DNA from: Bugula neritina
Lineage: Eukaryota > Animalia > Bryozoa
Length of the DNA: 64,000 nucleotides
Direction of reading: 5' to 3'
Assembly: GCA_964035545.1 (NCBI GenBank)
Contig: OZ037769.1
Location: forward strand, 4,569,929-4,633,928
The translations under genes were made by a program, and so were the position numbers. Below are positions 55,507-64,000 of this stretch, piece after piece (within the stretch, counting starts at the first letter, position 1; each line of letters opens with the position of its first letter). The notes under the pieces are model-generated. The model made no database searches, was not told where the DNA came from, and saw only the letters and a program-made list of their open reading frames with translations.

Positions 55507-58500
55507 TTAGGGTTTGGCAAGCCATTGAGATATATCATGCCGAATTCTGCTTATATATCTAGTGTTTTGTATGGTCCTCTCCATTGCTATAGTAAATGCT
55601 TGAGCTGAATCTTCCAACGCAGAACCTTTCTCCTTGACAAATACCATTATCTGCCAAACGTAAAGTAAAAACCTTGCCAGCTCATTTAATAAACATGTAT
55701 TTTTAGCAACTAAGCTGCACATCGGTAGGTCATGAACTATAAATAATCTTCTAAAATTACAAGTGCTAAATCTCATCAAAATTTATAATTTCCTACTATT
55801 TTTTCATAAAAGCAGTTATGACATACAATGTTAGAGTATATCTGTGAAAATGTTACAAGAAAATTCTCCAACTCAAACTAGAAACCATTTACAGGGTCAG
55901 GGTGCCCATACTGCATGACAGAAATAACTCAGTCAGGCAGTGAGTGAATAAACAAATAATGCTTTTTGTAAATCTGACATTAGCATATTTGCCTTGCCTC
56001 AAGCTATATAAATAATAATTGTAAAAAATACCTGATTGAGCTCGAAATACGTGAAAAACAAGGATGTTATTGAAGATATGAGATCATCAATTCTATCTTC
56101 AAACCTAAAAATATCATACAATAACAGTTTGGAAGTTTACATGAGTGAGTCGAGTATGTGTGCAAGTTTGAGTGTGTTAACACCCGACAACAGATCTTTT
56201 TATGTTAATAACGCAATACTGACACATTCATAAGTGTAAAACCCTTTTTCTCAGATAACTATTCAGTTGCAATTAATATTGATCACTAGGAGTTAAGCTC
56301 TCTTTAAACTTCAAATGCTTAATTATTAGTCAATAAAATGTGCAATAAATACTAAAAATAATACAAAGTAATAAAATTATTTTGCAAATCAACTTTCAGT
56401 ATATGAATTATTTAATAGTGTTTTTTATCTTTTGTCTAATACAAAGAATAAGTCCAAAATTAGTTTGCAAATCAAAGTTCTATTGATAAGTTATCCCATA
56501 GTGTTTTCAATCTTTCGCGACTAACTAATAGTAGTTCTTGGATTACTAACTAATTTCTTAATAAAACATGGCCAATGACCTGACTCTCAGCACATCCCAA
56601 TTGGCTTGCAACCAGATCCACGAAAGTAGCTTGCCAAACTCATTTCTGCTCACTGCTTTCACAGCAAGATAAGCATCCTTCAGTTTGATTTTCTTTTCAT
56701 CCATAGAATAATCAAGAAGTCTACAACATAAATACATGCAATTTGATTTCGTTTATTTTCTTAATGCAAAAATTTTGATATATGATCAATCTGCAGCTTG
56801 CATAGCATGTATATGTAGCATATATTATTTTAATCAAATTTTGCTGTTAGATTTGCTTCTTAAAATGGTGATAAATTAAAGCGATTAGTTCTAAACCGTG
56901 TCTAAACTTATTACTTTGAGCATACAATCAGTTTTAATATGTGTAAGTTTTTAGTAAGGAGCTGGTGGAAATCATTTTGACTAAAATAAGAATCCAGCAA
57001 CTATGACCAATCAATAAGTTTTTTTCATGACCAGCAATAGCAAGCTCGCTTTCACTTCAAACTTATTCATTCTGCTTAGAATTCTGACATCTACACAAAA
57101 ATTTTAAAAAACTTTTAAAAAATTTCTTGACAGCGTTACACACCGAGATATAATGCTTTACCTTTGTAGTAGCCATGGTTCACTTGTGCACGCCAATGAT
57201 TCAATTAACTTTTCTGCTTCACTTGCAACTCTCTCATTCTTGTATCTTTCGTAAACAAATTTCCAGCCTTCATATCCTGATATTTTCACTCCATAGCAGT
57301 AGACTGCAGCTCTCGCATTTGGATGAATAGGACTAAAACATGCTTAATGTGCTTTACTATTATTAGACAAGTTTCATCAATTTTATTACATAAATGTTTC
57401 GTGCCATTGTTGTTTTAAAAGCAAAGCAAATGCAACTATAAATACAAACAACTTTTGTTATAAATAAAATACAAAGCTCTGTTACTGCTGAAATTTTATG
57501 CTTTTGTTTTTGGAAAAAGAAGTTAGTTTTCAACTACTAAAGTAGTTCATGCTGAATAAACTAAAATAGTTTAGAGACTGATGTTAGGGTAGAGTAGAAT
57601 TGCAACACATAAAAAAACACTGTAAACAACTTACTTGTCCTTAGATGAGTTTAGCATCCATTCACTAAACAAATGATGAGCGTCAAACTCGCAGTCACCA
57701 ACAGAGTACTCACAGGCTATTGAAATGGCAGCCATTTGCCTTTTCCTGTAATTAAAATACCGTTTACCAAATCTAGAGTTGACCTACTTATTGTACATAA
57801 CATTTTTTTCTTAGTAACTGTAGTGGTGAGGTTACCCAGTGGCCCTGTGGTGTAATGCTTGCAAGCTGGAGATCTCGCTTTCGAATCCTAGTGGGGGGGG
57901 GCAAAAGTTTTATAAGCTATTTTATCCTTTAGTGAAGCGTAATAGTACTCGGGGGGGGGGGGGGGGGGGTTGAAAGGACAGGGCAGCCTGAAGACTGAAG
58001 GACCAGTAGAAAGGCCAGAGGAGTTCTGGAGAACTGGGTGGAATGAGAGAATTGAGTTGGCAGTACGCCTGCTTGCAAGCTGGAGGTCTGTGGTTCGAAT
58101 CCCAGTCGAGGCAAAAGTTTTATAGTAAAAAACTGTCACCTACCTTATACAGCTAATTAGATTAATTATTTATAGAAACTAATGAACACAATGACATAAA
58201 TCTAGTTTAATAAATATAGGAATGCATAATATGATAAAGATTAAGTGTAGAACTCACTGCTCAATGAGACTCTGTGAATTATTAACTGCCAAGTCTTGGC
58301 CAAACTTCTCATAAAAAGGTTTAATCAGAGATGAGTAATAAACCTACAAAATAGAATATTTTATGGAGGCGTATATTAAAGCTCTTTGCAGGCATAAGCA
58401 TTTTGTAATAATTTTAGGGCTAAAAGTAGCTAAATAAGCTATCAAAGTTTTAACTTTTAGTATGTCTTAATTCACCAAAATAATTAATGAAGCTCATAAT

Positions 58501-61500
58501 TTTAAAAAAATGTTTGATGCTTATATATAAGATTTGCAGGTCTTCACGTGGTCTAACTTAGTTTTAAAATTTTATGCAAATTGTACTAATATTCGGCACT
58601 GCTTAAACAAATTATTTTAGGATTTCATTTATTTTATTTTATTTAAATTTGAATATAATAAATAATCTTTAGAAAAAGCAGCTACACTCCTTTTCTACTT
58701 TAGCTACCAAAAAAGAGCCTCTAAGGTAAATTTCAAATCAAAAGTTATTTAAAAAAAACCCCTCATAAAATAAGTTTATAAATTAAGCCGAATTTTCCTT
58801 AAAGTTTTTCCAAGCACATGTTATCTAATGAAAAGGCAAACTGTTCAAAAATCACTAATTTGGCAAACTAAGAGTTTTTAGCAACATTGCCTAGATTTTA
58901 CTTAATAGAAATAACTACCTTATGATTGAAACTCTAAAAATATAATTAACAAAGCATCACTTCATATAAATAGTATTTCAGTTTGATGCAATGCATACCT
59001 TGAAGTCACCATAGGAAGTTGTCATTCTGAGAGCTGAGGCTACAAAGTTCAGCTCAGCAATAGCCACTGCCCAGGGAAAGTAGTTCGTCTCTTTGGATAA
59101 GTATTTTGTCAAACTCATAGCAATTTTTATATTTATTGTGCCAGCTCTAAAACATTTATCAAGGTATTCAAATAAATATATATTACCTACATAGTTATAG
59201 CTAAACAAACATGCATCAGACTTAATTTATAATAGCATGGTACATTCAAACTTTATCCATATTTTTAACCAATAAGTTAATGTTGATACATTATATATAA
59301 AAACTCATAATAATTTTAGCAGATACACAAAAGAGAAATAAATAACATGTGCAATAATAAAATTAAATATAAAAAGCAAAGCAATAACCAGTTGTAGTAA
59401 CTTGAAGAGCTGTAAGCTACTTGCCTTGCTAAGCTAAATGAGTCACACAGGAGTTGTCCTCTACTTAACGGGTCAATTACCTACAAATTGCAATTAAAAT
59501 AATAATATACTAAACATTGCTCAACCATGCATTCTTCATACAGCCGGTTTACTTTTGAAACAATAAATATACATAGAAATTGACGTTATAATAAGCTTTG
59601 AGAATAAGGTCAACTTACTAAGTGGTCCTGTTGTAGTTGCTCTACCAGTCTTTGCCAATATTTTTCAGGATAGTTTACTCTGTAAAAGCCATTCTGCTTT
59701 GGATTTATTATAATCCACTTGGTGTCTGCATCAATTGATATTTGTTCTAGAAAAAGTTAAGTAACAAATGTTTTACATTTAATAGATTAATTAAACATTC
59801 TTCAATATCACGAGAATATGTAAAATTACCAGAATTAAGATACTTTTAAAGAACATCTTTGATGCAACAAATATAAATATATTTCCCAGCTTTAAGTAAC
59901 AACTAAAACACATGTAGATCTTTTAAAGAAACCAAAATATATTTTGCTTCTAAAAATAATATCAAGCGAGATAGTGATTCCTTCTTACTGGCTTCTTCAC
60001 TTTTGAAGATCCAGTTCACTGAGGTCTGATTTACATCAAAGTTTGGAGATTTACTTGTGACAATACTGAACGGGATATCCCATAAGTAGCTGTAAAACAC
60101 ATATATTACAAAGCAGCACATTAATCAATTATTTTAGGAGCAATACTGCCTATGTCCACACACTTAAATAATGATTGTTAGCATAATACTAGATTTTTTA
60201 TACAGAGCTTGCCATCTTTTAGCTACATTTTAATTTTAGTTTTCATGAACTATCACTCTTACTTTTGCCCTAAAAATATCTCACATACGTATGTTGTAGA
60301 CATTGAATAACCAGAGTTGTTTAAATGTTTACGCTTACTTCTAAATATTACAAAAAACTCTTTAATTTGAGAATAAAACATACCCAAACATGCTGGGCAC
60401 AACGGGCACAGTTTCACCATCAAGTGAGAAGAACATTTGAGAGATATTTAAGATCTGCTTGGTTTCAACAACTTCATTCAACTAAAAAGGATTTTTCACT
60501 AATTAAATTCAAATATTGTTTAAAATAATCCGTTGAAAAGAAATAAAATTAATAAATTTGATGATATAAGCCTGTTTAGCTCTGTTTAGCTCGATTACTT
60601 ACAGTAACTTCAAGACAAGGGTAACCCATTTGCATAATCCATGTGTTAGGGAAAATCACCACGTGATGCTTTTCTGCCCCGTCAAACCTAATTCTTTGTT
60701 TATTAGCCTCAATTTGAAAGGGCCACCACAGTGCAGTTCCTCCAAGGGTTGTAAGGGAAGCCATCCCTATCAGATCCTACAATTTAAGTTTAATAATTCA
60801 GTTGCTTCAAATCCAACCTTGTTGCTACCTGGGTACGAGAGCATAATTATTTAAAAAAAAAATGTTTGAATAACTTTTTGAAATTCTATCAAAGATTATA
60901 TAAGCACTAGTATAAAATGTTTTCCGTTGCACTTAAAATAGTTTAAATATGATCAACGATTTAGGCAAAGAATAGTCTATATCAGTCAATTTTGTGCAAA
61001 GGTTGGGTATCAATTGAGTTGTATTTAGCTGACGAACATAAATCTAGTGTGTAAAAAAATTTTAAATAGCAAAATATCTAGCAACAGATTATAACAATGT
61101 ATGAAGTTACAAATATACTATTTTATAATGAAGAGTGCTTACCATTAGTCCTCTAAACCAAACTGCATCTCCGAGAAAATGTTGCATCATCCTGATCACG
61201 GCTACTGACTGCAAGATACAAATAATATTAAATGTAAAATTGCATATTCTGTACATAAGAGCAACTTACTATAATAAATGCCATTTTAAGGTTATTTGAA
61301 TTTTTTTAATTGTGATACATATAATATATTTTTTTATACATGCACCTTTTCCACTGAAACAACATCAAAGGTTTTATGCAGTTCTTCTGGTCGCTGAAGT
61401 GGAACATAGAGAGGGCGGGAAGAAGGTAAGCTGTCCTCGTGTAGCGCAAACCGAACATCAAACGTCACAAACTGGTCAAACTGAAACAGTGGACACTCTG

Positions 61501-63827
61501 AGGATAGAGGGCAACTTTAAATTTATTTAAGTTTTTTAAAAAGTCAGAAATTTAATTACAAAACAAACTAGTATTCTTCTGTAGACTTCTTTAAGAGCTT
61601 TCATCATAAAAATTAATAGCGAAATTTTTTCACAGTATGATAAATTGAGTTAATTTCTGCTTTACAAACATTTTCTTCAAATCTAAAGATTTACAACAAT
61701 TATTTACAAGAGTTTGACTGCTTTTAAGCACAAGTGCATTAGAAAATTCATAAATATTTTAAAAATTATTTCAAGGAGAAATTATTCTAAAATGAAGTAG
61801 AAAAACAAAGTAGAAAACTATTACCATCTGCCATTCAGGGTAAGAAAAATCCAAACCAACATGTGCCATGTAAATAGCAAACCCCTCGAGCAGCAACATG
61901 TCATCCCAGCTGGCAGGCGTCAAAAAGTTTCCAAACCACTAAAAATTGTCAATCATACCCAATGTTAAAAACAAGGATCTTAAATCATTAGTATTAATAG
62001 AAAATATAATATATTTTATAGCTACTTCTTCTAGAAAAAATAGTTTGACAGTATTAAAGTACTCAAGTTACTTTGTAATATTTTGAAACAGCTTTGATGA
62101 CAAGAAAAAAACTCCAGCCTTAAAATTATCTGAAAGCGTCAAGCTCTGTTAGTTCAGCTCAGTCAAATTTAATTCTTATTACAAAAACTGCTTTGACTAT
62201 TAAAAAAAACTATTATATCAGCTATAAAAACTTTTTTTAAGTCTGGTTATGCTGCTGCTTAGTTGACTTCATATTATATCACTGCAGTCTTGAGCTTACT
62301 CAGTGGTCCCGTGGGGTAATGGTTAGCACACTTGCTTACAAGCCGGAGGTCTCGGGTTCGAATCCCAGTGGGGGCAAAATTAATTTTCAATCGCATATAC
62401 TACACTTTAAAATTATAATAAACTCATAATTAAGTAACTTTATTATCACAATTGTTGGTGGTGAATCAAAAGATTATAAGGCTGGAACTACTGCAAGCGC
62501 AGTGAAGTATAATAATATTAACTGCACAAGAAATGAGAAATTAACACGAACTTGGTGGGCAAGCTGATGTGAGATGGTGAACACAGTTTTCTGTCTCTGG
62601 TAAACATCTGAAACTTCTGGGCTGTAAAGCAGTGTTTCTTCTCTGAATCCAATCAGTCCCCAGTTTTCAATAGATTTCGAAGGGAAGTCAGGAATTGCAA
62701 TTAAGTCTGCTTGCAAATCAATATTTTATAATAACAAAAACTTGCAGAAAAATAGCGAGCTCAATATAATAACTTTAAAAAGTACCAACACAAATAATTA
62801 AAACTTCAAATCGCACCTATTTTGGTGAGAGGATACCACATTTCAAAAAGCTTTTCGAAGTTTTCCAAAAGCATATCTGCTTGATCCAGAGCAAAATCAG
62901 TTTGATCAAAAACTGACTTTCTTGAACAGACTCTTATTTGAACCTAAAATATATTTCATAAAATTATATTATAGTTATTGTTGTTTTGAATTATTAAATT
63001 GCTTTTGAAATTCTTTTCAAGAAGTTTCATAAGTATATGAAACTTACATCACTTTTGGTAGTTTGATTCTTGCACTCAAAATTGTGAACAATTATAATAG
63101 CTAGGTGAGCCGTCGACATGAGAGAAGTTTCATTAAAGATGTCCATATTCCACTCATCACTCCTAAAATGTAGACGTTAATTTATTTTATTTGCATCAAC
63201 AAGTATAATTTAACTTACAAGCAATACATAATACAAGGTCTAAAATTAGAAATTCAGTTTTAAGTTATAAAGCACTGCATGCTTGATCTAAATAATATAA
63301 TACATTTTTTGATGAAGCAGCTCAGAACAGCTTCAACATTTTTTTAAAAAGTGACAGGTTTTCTTATTGTAAATCAGTGGTCTAAGCAAATATATATAGT
63401 AATATCGTTATTGAATTTGCTTTATATTAAACAATGAATACATATATTAGCAGCTTCTTAATTCTACACAGAGCTTCTATCCCAAATGAGCTTCACTAAA
63501 TCTCGGTGTTGCAGGCTTTGAAACAAGAAATAATAAGTAGCAGAATGCGTGAGTCATTTAATTAACAAATATATAATATTAGATATTTACTATCAGCTTT
63601 CTCTTTTATCTCATATAGTTTGCAACTTTTGGTTTAAACTATTTCTGTGCCAATTTGGCAAATGGACTTACATCTGCTCAGTCTTTATAAGTTCAGCATT
63701 TGAGAAAGCTGTGTAACCATTCTTCCTCCATACAGAAATGTTGAAAGTAGCTTTATACATCAGCTCATCAAAGCATGGGAAGATTTTTCTTGCTTGTGTA
63801 GGCTCAAACCTCGAAATGGCAACATAC
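55507..63827 (-). CDS. M1-family aminopeptidase N-like protein, 5'-truncated by the window; catalytic motifs substituted, local lesions at 60.6-61.1 kb
   Basis: Many short exons encoding RFEPTQARKIFPCFDE, DLIAIPDFPSKSIENWGLI, HQLAHQWFGN...LEGFA, TWIMQMGYP, GFYRVNY, AAVYCYG, LACTSEPWLL and a terminal ...ISQWLAKP* (TAA 55509-55507). This follows APN domain order through the ERAP1-like C-terminal domain. Confidence 0.85.
57837..58125 (+). mobile_element. Two partial family-1 SINE copies separated by a poly-G run and a GC-rich spacer
   Basis: Copies at about 57837-57912 and 58062-58123 (GCTTGCAAGCTGGAG...TTCGAATCC...GGCAAAAGTTTTATA); poly-G at 57951-57969. Confidence 0.7.
62301..62385 (+). mobile_element. 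tRNA-derived SINE, family 1
   Basis: GTGGGGTAATGGTTAGCACACTTGCTTACAAGCCGGAGGTCTCGGGTTCGAATCCCAGTGGGGGCAAAA with an intact B-box. Confidence 0.78.
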
Positions 63828-64000
63828 CTGCATGACATACAATGGAATACTATGTTATATAAGACTCAAAGTAACCAAGTTTTTGTATATTAATTATATA
63901 ACAAAACATTAAATTAACAGGTTTCGGCCTTACACTAAAACATACAGCTGAATTAGTTTGCAGTTTGAATCTAAGTTAAAACAACATTTAAATATACAGT

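Noticed and set aside
62301-62385. Functional tRNA-Ala genes at the family-1 elements
   Set aside because: Copies are mutually divergent, lack a pairing acceptor stem and share a non-tRNA tail, which fits SINEs; tRNAscan-SE would settle it.

Overview
AT-rich, intron-containing animal (invertebrate-like) genomic DNA; the species cannot be fixed from sequence alone. From left to right it holds four things. (1) The 3' half of a polypeptide GalNAc-transferase gene (gly-5/pgant9-like, + strand). (2) A cluster of six type-B carboxylesterase (carboxyl/cholinesterase family) genes sharing one 9-10 exon architecture, labelled here CE1 (+) and CE2-CE6 (-), plus one orphan dead first exon. (3) Two copies of a 4-exon gene of about 240 aa that I cannot assign to any family, carried in a roughly 10-12 kb tandem duplication together with CE4/CE5. 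(4) The 3' part of an M1 aminopeptidase-N-like gene (-) whose catalytic residues are substituted. The main signals are: C-terminal KDEL present, absent or cut off by a single TAG among the esterase paralogs; apparent rescue of CE4 by an inverted copy of the CE1 promoter and exon 1 that also carried the last GalNAc-T exon; a CE5 body that is intact despite a TGA in exon 1; the duplicated unassigned gene showing coding constraint; and a probable pseudo-aminopeptidase with an in-frame foreign insertion. Two tRNA-derived SINE families and several simple repeats are interspersed. Exon boundaries were derived by hand. Nothing here proves a new biological system; the findings are hypotheses.
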